A stretch of 51,125 nt of DNA from a virus (taxonomy: Duplodnaviria; Caudoviricetes): positions 1 to 51,125 of IMG/VR virus record IMGVR_UViG_3300042851_000008; one strand, written 5' to 3'. The notes below the pieces were generated by a model, which was not told the origin of the DNA, searched no databases, and worked only from the letters and a program-made list of their open reading frames with translations. Both the position numbers and the translations under genes were made by a program. Of the stretch, positions 27,029 through 35,278 are shown piece after piece; position 1 is the stretch's first letter, and every line of letters starts with the position of its first letter.

Positions 27029-30000
27029 ATGGCTAACGCGCTCTCACTCGGGTTCTCAACGCACGTCCTGAAGTACGGGGCCAGCGCCGGCAGCTACGTT
27101 CAGCGGCTTGCCGCAACCGGCGTCGACACAATCCGCGACGACCTTTCCTGGTCGACGTTGCAGCCGGGCGGACGCGGCTCCGCCTTGGTCACCGGCCCGG
27201 TCAACACCCTCTGCGGCCTGTGCCGCACCAACAACCTGAAGCTGATCCCGATCGTCGGCTACTCCCCCGCCTGGGCGAACGGCGGCCGCGACGACAAGAC
27301 CGGCCCGGTCCTCGCCGCGGACTTCGGCGACTACGTGGCGACGCTCGTCACGTTCCTGCAGGCGAACTGGTCGGACGTTGTGATCGCGATCGAATACTGG
27401 AACGAGCCCGACATCGGCTTCCTCAAGAACCCGGCCACCGGCGCGCAGGGCGACGCCGCCTACTACGCCTCCCTCGCCGCGGACGCGTACGGCAAGAAGC
27501 CGGGCGGCACGACGATCAAATACTGGGGCGGCGCCTCCTCCGGGGCGGCCCCCGACTGGGCCTGGAACGTCATCACGGCGATGGGCGGTGTCGGCAGCCT
27601 CGACTTCGACGAGTGGTCGTTCCACGCCTACCCGGCCTACAACCGCGCGCTTGGCACCCCGACGAAAACGGCGGAGCAGATGCTCGACACCACGGTCGCG
27701 TCCGCCTGGTCGGAGGCGTTTTGGCGGCCGCAAACCCACGGCACCTTGCTCGACGTCCTCAACCACTTCGGCTACGGCGGGCAGATCCACAACACCGAAG
27801 CCGGTGTGCCGACATTGCCTCCATCGGGCGCCGATGTCGTCGACTGCCACCCGGAAGCGCAGCAGCGGCGGTGGCTCGAGCTGCTGTGGCCGATATGGAC
27901 CGCCCAGCCGCGCACGGGCCTTTTCATGATCTACACGGGCCAGGACGACGACACGAACACCAGCGCGAGCCCGCCCGGACGGGAGGCGCACTTCGGCGGC
28001 TTCCACACCGACACGACCGCGAAGCCGATCATCGCCAGCCTTCAGGCGCTCACCGCCGGCGGGGTGACCGCCTACTCGAACGTCGTCGGCCCGATTGTCG
28101 CGCTGATCGGCACTGCCTACTCCAACGTCGTCGGGCCGGTCGTGGCCGCTGACACAACCGCGCCGACCGTGAGCCTGACCGCGCCCGCGAACGGCGCCGC
28201 CGTGTCCGGTCCCGTGACGATCTCCGCGACCGCGGCAGACAACGTGGCGGTCGCGCAGGTTGATTTCCTCGTCGACGGGATCGTCGTCGCCACCGACGTG
28301 TCCTCCCCGTACTCGGTCTCGTGGAACTCTGCGCTCGCCTCGAACGGCAGCCATACGATCACCGCCCGGGCGACCGACACGTCCGGGAACGTCACCACGA
28401 GCGCCGCCCGCACCGTCACCGTCAGCGGCGGCATCGCCACAGCCACGCACCTCGCCGAACCGTTCCCCACCCTGCTCTTCGACATCGACTTCCCCGACAA
28501 CATTCTTGCGATCCCGTACGCGGCCCAGGTGCTCTCAACCACCGGAGATCAGGCGCAGCATCCGCTCCCGCTCGGCTACTACCGCCACCAGGCCGCCTCT
28601 GGGACTGTCGCGGCGGAAGCCCAGGGGAAGACTGCGGGCACGTACGGCGGCACCATCAGCGCCTACCACGTCGCGTCCCCGGTAGCCGCCGACGACTACG
28701 CAGTCACCCTAGGCTCGTCAGGCGTGTTCTACGCTGGCGTCCCGTACTCGTCGAACGCTGGTGACATCACCCCGTACGGGATCACGATGTGCGGCTGGTT
28801 CAAGGCCGGGACGATTCCGGGTGGGGTTCCCTGGGTCGGGCTGTTCACAAGGGCGACCGCAGTCGAGCTGTTCCTCTCGCCCGGCGGCCTGCTGTCGATC
28901 GGAGCCGCCGACAATAACCCACAGAGAGGCACGACCGCGATCGCGGCTGGCGAGTGGTTCTTCGCCGCCCTGACGATCTCCGGCACGGCGCCGCCGGACG
29001 ATCCGAACCAAGACCCGACCGGGTTCGCCTCCGTCTACCTGATGAAGTTGTCCGACCTTGTCCTCCGCAAGGAGGTGACTGCCGGGCAGCGTTTCAGCGA
29101 TCAGTGGGCTGGGGCGGCACCGACCACGGTCGGCTACAACGCCGGCGGCTTGTCGATCGACGAGACCGCCTACTGGGTCGGGCAGCTCACGCCTCAGCAG
29201 CTCTCGGACATCGCCGGACGCGCGAACCCGAGCAGCTTCGTCTACCCGAACTACGTGTGGACGGCAATGGACGGCGGCACGGTGTCGAGCCCGGTTCCTC
29301 GTCTCGCGCAGGGCCTCTCAACCGCCCGCGGCCGGCAGACCGAACGGGAGCAGCCGACAGCCGGGCAGGTCAGCGCCACCGTCGAGGACACCCTTCGCGC
29401 ACTCGAGCCGGACTACCCGGCCTCCCCGTACTACCCGAACGTCATCAACAACCGCTACGCCCGCCTCCGCGCGACCGTGAGTCCGACGACGTACGACCTG
29501 ATGCGGTTCTTCATCCCCGACTGGAACCCCGGCTGGACCTTACGCCGCGCCTACCTCACCTTGGCCGGCACCGACCTGCTCGGCGTGCTCGGCACCTGGC
29601 CGCTCTCAGGATCGTTCCAGCAGCAGCAGACCGGCGCCCGCATCAACGCTGTCCTCGACCGTGTCGGCTGGCCTACCGCCGCCCGAGCGATCGACGCAGG
29701 CACGCAGACCGTCGCCGCGGAAACCGTTGTCGGCGGCGGCACCCTCACCTACCTGCAGCTGATCGCCCAGTCCGACAACGGCCTCTTCTTCATCGACGCC
29801 GCCGGCAACGCCGTCTTCCACGACAGCGCCCACCGCACCACCGCCACCCGCTCCACCGTGCCGCAAGCCGTGTTCGGCGACGGCGGCCCCTCAACCACCG
29901 AGCTCCCCTACGTGTCCGTCGCGTACAACAAGCCCGCCGACGAGATTTGGAATCAGGTGACAGTGAAGTACGGGGCGGCCGGGGATCAGTCGGTCACGGT

Positions 30001-30340
30001 GAGCGACTACGTGAGCCAACGACGCGGGGTCAAGGTGCTGCCTGACCGTGAAACCAGGCTGGTCACGGCGGCAGCTGCGACATCGCTCGCGACGTTGATC
30101 CTGGCCCGCTACAAGGATCCTGCCGCACGGTTCACGCAGGTCGTGATCGAGCCTGCCCGCTACCCAGGCCTGTGGGCGAAAGCACTGGGCCTGGAGATCA
30201 GCGACCGAGTGATCATGAAGGCCCGCAGGCCCGGCGGTGGCGCGGCGATCTCGAAGGACTGCTGGATCGAAGCGGTCGGGCATCAGATCAGCTTCGACCC
30301 GAACAAGTGGGTCACGACGCTGGCCCTGACAACCGTCTGA
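27029..30340 (+). CDS. Multidomain tail protein: clan GH-A glycoside hydrolase + Ig-like + LamG-like + tail hub
   Basis: IEYWNEPD, SFHAYP and HNTEAG; DTTAPTVSLTAPANGA Ig; WFFAALT/IDETAYW LamG; RGRQTEREQPTAG and TGARINAVLD tail domain. Confidence 0.85.
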   Translation: MANALSLGFSTHVLKYGASAGSYVQRLAATGVDTIRDDLSWSTLQPGGRGSALVTGPVNTLCGLCRTNNLKLIPIVGYSPAWANGGRDDKTGPVLAADFGDYVATLVTFLQANWSDVVIAIEYWNEPDIGFLKNPATGAQGDAAYYASLAADAYGKKPGGTTIKYWGGASSGAAPDWAWNVITAMGGVGSLDFDEWSFHAYPAYNRALGTPTKTAEQMLDTTVASAWSEAFWRPQTHGTLLDVLNHFGYGGQIHNTEAGVPTLPPSGADVVDCHPEAQQRRWLELLWPIWTAQPRTGLFMIYTGQDDDTNTSASPPGREAHFGGFHTDTTAKPIIASLQALTAGGVTAYSNVVGPIVALIGTAYSNVVGPVVAADTTAPTVSLTAPANGAAVSGPVTISATAADNVAVAQVDFLVDGIVVATDVSSPYSVSWNSALASNGSHTITARATDTSGNVTTSAARTVTVSGGIATATHLAEPFPTLLFDIDFPDNILAIPYAAQVLSTTGDQAQHPLPLGYYRHQAASGTVAAEAQGKTAGTYGGTISAYHVASPVAADDYAVTLGSSGVFYAGVPYSSNAGDITPYGITMCGWFKAGTIPGGVPWVGLFTRATAVELFLSPGGLLSIGAADNNPQRGTTAIAAGEWFFAALTISGTAPPDDPNQDPTGFASVYLMKLSDLVLRKEVTAGQRFSDQWAGAAPTTVGYNAGGLSIDETAYWVGQLTPQQLSDIAGRANPSSFVYPNYVWTAMDGGTVSSPVPRLAQGLSTARGRQTEREQPTAGQVSATVEDTLRALEPDYPASPYYPNVINNRYARLRATVSPTTYDLMRFFIPDWNPGWTLRRAYLTLAGTDLLGVLGTWPLSGSFQQQQTGARINAVLDRVGWPTAARAIDAGTQTVAAETVVGGGTLTYLQLIAQSDNGLFFIDAAGNAVFHDSAHRTTATRSTVPQAVFGDGGPSTTELPYVSVAYNKPADEIWNQVTVKYGAAGDQSVTVSDYVSQRRGVKVLPDRETRLVTAAAATSLATLILARYKDPAARFTQVVIEPARYPGLWAKALGLEISDRVIMKARRPGGGAAISKDCWIEAVGHQISFDPNKWVTTLALTTV

Positions 30341-30350
30341 GCCTGCGTGA

Positions 30351-30360
30351 GCCGATAGTC
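30351..30360 (+). promoter_or_regulatory. Late-promoter-like motif GCCGATAGTC
   Basis: 7 nt before ATG 30368, at the head of the lysis cassette. Confidence 0.7.
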
Positions 30361-30367
30361 GGTACCG

Positions 30368-30544
30368 ATGGCAACGCAAGCCGACGAAGAGGCCGACGCC
30401 TGGATGGAGTACCTGCAAGCGTGCCGTGACGCGAAGCTGAAGCGCGGCCGGTACGACGAGTTGGAGTCGCGGGCGTGGGCGAGGCTGCGCGCCCGGCTGC
30501 ACGCGCTCGAACTGCGCCGCGAGAAGAACCTGGTCGCCGCGTGA
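30368..30544 (+). CDS. 58-aa hypothetical protein (below ORF-track cutoff)
   Basis: MATQADEEADAWMEYLQAC...NLVAA; GTGA overlap with the amidase gene. Confidence 0.7.
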   Translation: MATQADEEADAWMEYLQACRDAKLKRGRYDELESRAWARLRARLHALELRREKNLVAA

Positions 30545-31254
30545 GGATCGACTACGAAGGCCGCGCGCTCGTTGCCTCCCACGGCTCGCACACTCCGCGT
30601 CGGATCGTCTGGCACGACACCGAATCGCACGACGCAAAAGGCATCCGTGACCTCGCCGGGATCGCGACCTACTGGCACGGCATCTCCTGGGGGCCTGGCG
30701 CGCAGATCGGCGTCGACTCCGAGGGGTTCATCGCCCGCTACGTGGACGACTTAGAGATCGCGTATCACGTCGAGAACCACAACACCGGCTCGCTCGGCAT
30801 TGAGATCGTCGGGTTCGCCCGCTTCGTCCCGAGCGTGTGGCTGCTCCGGCGCGTCCAGCTCGAGACGGTGGCTCAGGCGACCGCGGAGTGGTGCCGGAAG
30901 TACGCCATCCCGGCAACGCTTGACGTGGAGCGTGGCATCTCGACTCACAAGATGCAGAGCCAGGCGTATCACGGCAGCCATTACGACCCCGGCCCCGGAT
31001 TCCCCGTGCGACGGACATTGCGGCGCGTGCAGGCGATCCTTGGCGGCGCCGAGCCGAAGCCACCACCGAAGAAGCTCTACACGGAGAAGGCGTACTGGAC
31101 GTGGGTGCGCTGGTATCTGGGCGAGGGCGAGTTCAGGACATCCGGCCCGCACAATAAGACCGTCCGGCCCGTGACTCTCCCGGCGACGATTCCTGCCGCG
31201 TGGTGGCCGCGACTACAGGCGTTCGTGGCGCAACGATCCAAGGCAGAGCGATGA
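30541..31254 (+). CDS. Endolysin, N-acetylmuramoyl-L-alanine amidase (Amidase_2)
   Basis: IVWHDTE, AYHVENHNTGSLGIEIVG, STHK, HYDPGPGFP. Confidence 0.9.
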   Translation: MRIDYEGRALVASHGSHTPRRIVWHDTESHDAKGIRDLAGIATYWHGISWGPGAQIGVDSEGFIARYVDDLEIAYHVENHNTGSLGIEIVGFARFVPSVWLLRRVQLETVAQATAEWCRKYAIPATLDVERGISTHKMQSQAYHGSHYDPGPGFPVRRTLRRVQAILGGAEPKPPPKKLYTEKAYWTWVRWYLGEGEFRTSGPHNKTVRPVTLPATIPAAWWPRLQAFVAQRSKAER

Positions 31255-31628
31255 CCGTCACCTATCTAGCCGTCGGCGCGGCCCTTCTCGCGCCGCTCCT
31301 CTCCTACCTCGGTGTCGTCCGCAAGCTGAGCGGCAAAGTCAAGACGACGGACGCGTCTCAGCTCTGGCAAGCGGCCAAGGAGATGCGGGAGGAGCTCGCC
31401 GCGCGCAACGAGGCGCTGAACCGAAAGGTCGACCAGTGCAACCAGCGGATCGACCGGCTCGAAACGAACGCCGACCGCCTCGACGAGATCAACGACGAGC
31501 TCCGAAGCAAAAACAAGGCGTTGGAGGACCTCGTCCGTGCCCATGAGGCGACGATCACACATCTGACCGCCGAGAACGAGGCTTTGACGAGGCGTGTGGC
31601 GGAACTGGAGGCAGCGAATGGAACGTGA
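31251..31628 (+). CDS. Membrane-anchored coiled-coil protein (lysis cassette)
   Basis: N-terminal TM followed by a long coiled coil. Confidence 0.75.
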   Translation: MTVTYLAVGAALLAPLLSYLGVVRKLSGKVKTTDASQLWQAAKEMREELAARNEALNRKVDQCNQRIDRLETNADRLDEINDELRSKNKALEDLVRAHEATITHLTAENEALTRRVAELEAANGT

Positions 31629-31935
31629 CCCCTTGACGGCGTTCGCCAGGACGCTGAACCGGATAGCGATCGCGACCGTGGTCCTGTACGTGCTCCTCTG
31701 CGTCGCAGGGGTTGCGGTCTACTTGCAGATCAGGATCTCGGTGCGGGAGAACGAGACCGCCCGCAAAGGGTTGTGCGCCCTTCGCGCCGACCTGGGGCGC
31801 AGGCAGCTTTCGTCGCTTGAGTTCCTGAAAGCGCATCCGAACGGCATCCCCGGCATCCCCGCCTCGGTGATCCGTAACGGCGTCGACAACACGGCCCAAA
31901 CGTTGGAGGCGTTGCAGGTCGTGAAGTGCCCGTAA
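31618..31935 (+). CDS. Membrane protein (lysis cassette)
   Basis: One TM segment, IAIATVVLYVLLCVAGVAVYL. Confidence 0.7.
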   Translation: MERDPLTAFARTLNRIAIATVVLYVLLCVAGVAVYLQIRISVRENETARKGLCALRADLGRRQLSSLEFLKAHPNGIPGIPASVIRNGVDNTAQTLEALQVVKCP

Positions 31936-32273
31936 TGACCGACCCGCGCAAAGCCGATGTGCCCGACGAACTCATCCGGGCGCTCCGCTCCGCGCCGCTC
32001 ATCAAGGAGCATCAGGTTGAGGAGCACGCGCGCCGCCACCGGATCGGGTTCGCAGGCCGGTGGACCTATGACTTCAACGACAACCCCACCTTCGCCGAAC
32101 TGACCGTCCTCGCGTTCCTCTCGCACGGGCTGACGGTCCCGATGATCGCCGACACGTTGGAGATCAGCATCCACACGGTCAAGTCGGAGGTTCGGAGCGC
32201 CCGGTACAGGCTGAAGGCGAAGAACACCACTCATGCGGTCGCGATCGCCGTCCGCCGCGGACTCATCCACTAA
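31935..32273 (+). CDS. LuxR/GerE-type HTH protein
   Basis: AELTVLAFLSHGLTVPMIADTLEISIHTVKSEVRSARYRLKAKNTTHAVAIAVRRGLI. Confidence 0.88.
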   Translation: MTDPRKADVPDELIRALRSAPLIKEHQVEEHARRHRIGFAGRWTYDFNDNPTFAELTVLAFLSHGLTVPMIADTLEISIHTVKSEVRSARYRLKAKNTTHAVAIAVRRGLIH

Positions 32274-32286
32274 GGAGGCTGAAACG

Positions 32287-32493
32287 ATGACCGCCCATCC
32301 GAACGCAGTAGCCGCCGGAGCATCGACCGGCCCGTCTGTGTTCCTCGTCTGGATCCTCGGCTACCTCGGCGTCGACGTCAGCCCCGAGGTTGCCGTGGTG
32401 ATCGCGGGCGGCATCGCAGCGGCCACACTGCTCGTCGGCCGCAAAGGCTTGCGCGGGATCGCCCGCACACTCTGGCGAGGCTCCGACGCGTGA
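32287..32493 (+). CDS. Putative holin
   Basis: 68 aa, two TM segments, basic C-terminus, AAGGAGG RBS. Confidence 0.65.
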   Translation: MTAHPNAVAAGASTGPSVFLVWILGYLGVDVSPEVAVVIAGGIAAATLLVGRKGLRGIARTLWRGSDA

Positions 32494-33080
32494 AAGCCTG
32501 CTGGATCGACGAAGGGCAGGACGCCGACTATTCCAGGCTGACCCGGCACGGAATCGGCCGGCTCCTGTTCTCCCCCCGTGTCAACCAAGGGCACTCCCGG
32601 GCGCAGATCGACGAGGCCCGCGCCAAAGGCTTCGAGGTCGGCATCTACCGGGTCCCCGAATGGGACCCCACCCTGGAGGGGGCCGCGTGGGCGACGATGC
32701 TGAGCAAGGACGTGACTCGTTTGGGCGGTGATGGGACGCAGGTGCATGTTCAGGCGGACATCGAGACGCACAACACGGTCTGGCTGGCCGCGTTCCTCCT
32801 GCAGTGGCGGAAGCATCGGGCCAAGCGCGACACGTCCGTCACGACGGAGGGGTTCCAGGGCGGCCTGCTCGTCAAGATCCGCCCGCAGATCCTCGACTCG
32901 AACGTGACACTGGTGCCGCAGGCGTATGGCGGGGACATGCAGCCGTGGGACACGCACGGCACCGTCCTCGACCTGATCGCCTACGGGTTCCCGCTCGAGA
33001 AGATCCTGCCGTTCTACGACGCCGCCGACCTACGCCGCGGCTGGTCCGGCTATTGCTTTACGCAGCAGCGGCTGCCGTGA
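32490..33080 (+). CDS. GH25-like / TIM-barrel muramidase candidate
   Basis: ARAKGFEVGIY and VQADIE (DxE) resemble GH25 motifs. Confidence 0.5.
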   Translation: MKACWIDEGQDADYSRLTRHGIGRLLFSPRVNQGHSRAQIDEARAKGFEVGIYRVPEWDPTLEGAAWATMLSKDVTRLGGDGTQVHVQADIETHNTVWLAAFLLQWRKHRAKRDTSVTTEGFQGGLLVKIRPQILDSNVTLVPQAYGGDMQPWDTHGTVLDLIAYGFPLEKILPFYDAADLRRGWSGYCFTQQRLP

Positions 33081-33439
33081 TTCCCGGCTTCACATGGCGG
33101 ATCCCCGCCCGCGTCGCCCGCGTGATTGACGGCGACACCGTCGTCCTCAAAGACCTCGACCTGGGGTTCCTCACCAGCCGCGCCAGCCTCCCCGGCGATG
33201 AGCAGCACGTCCGCCTCCTCGACCTCTGGTGCGCCGAGCGCTACACGGATGAAGGCAAAGTCGCGAAGGCGTTCGTCGAGAACCTGCTCCCCCCGGACAC
33301 CGTCGTCATCTACCACAGCGTCGTCTGGAAGCAGACGCTCGGCCGCGCGTTGGGCTACATCGAGCTGATGGACGGCACGGACCTGTCGACGCTCGTCAGA
33401 GACGCCGGCCTCGGCACCCTCACGAAACCGACGGTGTGA
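33077..33439 (+). CDS. Thermonuclease (SNase-fold) protein
   Basis: VARVIDGDTV, VRLLDLWCAE, LGRALGYI; GTG at 33077. Confidence 0.85.
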   Translation: MIPGFTWRIPARVARVIDGDTVVLKDLDLGFLTSRASLPGDEQHVRLLDLWCAERYTDEGKVAKAFVENLLPPDTVVIYHSVVWKQTLGRALGYIELMDGTDLSTLVRDAGLGTLTKPTV

Positions 33440-33620
33440 CCCGCTCCTCCCGCCTGGGCAGCAACGCGATCACGATGACGCCGAGCCAGCCGAGGATGAA
33501 GCCCCACGCCCATCCGTACGGACGATGCTTCGACTGACCGATCTGGTGCGCGATGTAAATCGGGAGCAGCCAGACGATCGTGACGAGGAACAGGATCCAG
33601 ATCCAGTACAGAAGGCTCAT
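33420..33620 (-). CDS. Small two-TM membrane protein (possible superinfection exclusion)
   Basis: Hydrophobic, WGFILGWLGVIVIALLP; co-oriented with the repressor. Confidence 0.75.
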   Translation of the reverse strand: MSLLYWIWILFLVTIVWLLPIYIAHQIGQSKHRPYGWAWGFILGWLGVIVIALLPRREERVTPSVS

Positions 33621-33771
33621 GCGGTCCTTTCGTTGGCGGGGAAAACTTTACGTTGTCTTTCGGAGGTGGCCGGTATAGATTCCCTGCCAACGATCTGCGG
33701 CCCCCCTAGCGGACATATCCATCGGCGAGAGAGGGGCAAGGTCATGGGAGAAGTAGCGGTTGAGGAGCTGG

Positions 33772-34173
33772 TCACGGCTCCGATCCGTCCGCGCGTCCAG
33801 CAGTTCTGCCAGTTCGTCGACGCTCTAGTTGAGCGATCCGGTTGCCCAGATCAGCTAGGGCGACCTCGGTCGCCTCTGTTAGTGCGTCAACCGATGCTTC
33901 GAGTCCTCGTAGGCGGGACTCATGGTCATCCGACAGACGACGTACCTCCTGAGCGAGCGTCTCTTGTACGAGTCGTTTAGTCAGAGCGTCCTCATCGGCG
34001 TCTAACGCGTGCGCGAGCACCCGCGCGTTCGAGTCGTGGATGCCGTGTCTGGCGTTCGGCGATTCCCACGCTGAGATCCGTTCACGCTCGTAGCCGGCCT
34101 TTTTAGCGAGCTGTGCCTGAGTTAAGCCCGCCCGCAATCGAAGCAACCGGAGCACCTCTCCTTGCAACGTCAC
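33772..34173 (-). CDS. Xre-family immunity repressor
   Basis: LRLLRLRAGLTQAQLAKKAGYERERISAWE; divergent from the cro-like gene. Start uncertain (34155/34173/34191). Confidence 0.85.
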   Translation of the reverse strand: MTLQGEVLRLLRLRAGLTQAQLAKKAGYERERISAWESPNARHGIHDSNARVLAHALDADEDALTKRLVQETLAQEVRRLSDDHESRLRGLEASVDALTEATEVALADLGNRIAQLERRRTGRTAGRADGSEP

Positions 34174-34219
34174 GGCACAAGTTTGCGACACGTGTGGTTT
34201 CCCCGCTAGAGGGGATTTA

Positions 34220-34248
34220 TTGACACGGCGCGCAACGTGTCGTAATAT
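34220..34248 (+). promoter_or_regulatory. Early lytic promoter with overlapping operator
   Basis: TTGACA-N17-TAATAT; the inverted repeat GACACG...CGTGTC (34222-34241) overlaps the -35 and spacer. Confidence 0.8.
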
Positions 34249-34257
34249 CGCCACATC

Positions 34258-34545
34258 TTGGACGCAACAAGGGATGAGCTTCAGGAGCGGATCCGTCAGG
34301 CCCCAGCTGCGCTCGTAGCGGCGCGGATCCGGAAGGCGCGACGTGAAGCGAATCTCTCGCACGACCGACTGGCGGAACTCGTGCAGGGCACAAGCCGCTC
34401 GCACCTCATCAAGCTCGAGAAGGCGATGCATCGGCCGCGCGCGGCGATGCTGAGTCGGATCGCGGAGGCGACAGGTCGAGAGATCGACTGGTTCCTGGAT
34501 CCCGAGGTGGATCCGAGTCCCTTTCCGGAAGAGGCAGCCGCATGA
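34258..34545 (+). CDS. Cro-like Xre HTH protein
   Basis: RIRKARREANLSHDRLAELVQGTSRSHLIKLEK. Confidence 0.85.
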   Translation: MDATRDELQERIRQAPAALVAARIRKARREANLSHDRLAELVQGTSRSHLIKLEKAMHRPRAAMLSRIAEATGREIDWFLDPEVDPSPFPEEAAA

Positions 34546-34618
34546 GGATGAGTTGGCGGATGCGCTCATCGCAGCCTTGCAGGAGTTCAAACGTGCCCAT
34601 GACTGAGGAGGAGACAGC

Positions 34619-35278
34619 GTGATCGAATGGGACGAATACGAGGCGACGATTCGCTTCGAGGACAGGCTCATCGGCGGCATCCCGGTGATGCCCGCCGGGA
34701 GTGACCCGCAGGCTTACGAGGGCTGGCTTCGAGGGCAGAAGGTCGAGAACGATCCGAGCTTCGAGAAGGGCCTGGCGGAAGTCCTCGCAGCCGACTCCGA
34801 GATGCCGGTCGCCGTTGCGGAAGATGCGCCGACCGAGCAGGGCTTCCGGCGCGGCAAGGACGGCCTGTATGTCGAGGCCCGGCAGGTGAAGGCGGCGATC
34901 AAGGAAGGGTCACAGCGGCTCGGCCTGCTCAAGTCGGTGCGAGGGATGCGGCAGGTGATCCAGCACGACATCCACGTCCGGGCGTTGGACGGGACGCAGC
35001 GTCTCTACCTCGCCCGGGCCGAGCCCGACGGGAAGGACGCTAGGCCGATCTCGGTGCTCACGCCGCAGGGGCCTCGCCAGTCGATCAAACGGTTCGAGTA
35101 CGTGAACCAGCCTGAGATTCGCTTCGTCGTCCGCGTCCTCAAGGGCGGGATTGGCGAGGGGATGATGACCGAGGACTTGCTCCGCGATGTTCTCGAGCTC
35201 TGCGGTTCGCTTGGCCTCGGCGCCGACCGCTCGCAGGGCGAAGGAACCTTCGTGCTGGAAGAGCTGAAGCGGATCTAA
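34619..35278 (+). CDS. Stand-alone Cas7-like RAMP protein
   Basis: N-terminal strand YEATIRFEDRLIGG, LYVEARQVKAAIKE helix, thumb-like PISVLTPQGPRQSIKRFEYV, C-terminal G-rich loop LGLGADRSQGEGTF. GAGGAG RBS. Confidence 0.82.
   Translation: MIEWDEYEATIRFEDRLIGGIPVMPAGSDPQAYEGWLRGQKVENDPSFEKGLAEVLAADSEMPVAVAEDAPTEQGFRRGKDGLYVEARQVKAAIKEGSQRLGLLKSVRGMRQVIQHDIHVRALDGTQRLYLARAEPDGKDARPISVLTPQGPRQSIKRFEYVNQPEIRFVVRVLKGGIGEGMMTEDLLRDVLELCGSLGLGADRSQGEGTFVLEELKRI

Noticed and set aside
33525-33980. Plus-strand ORF overlapping the repressor
   Set aside because: Antisense to two better-supported minus-strand genes, with no motif support.
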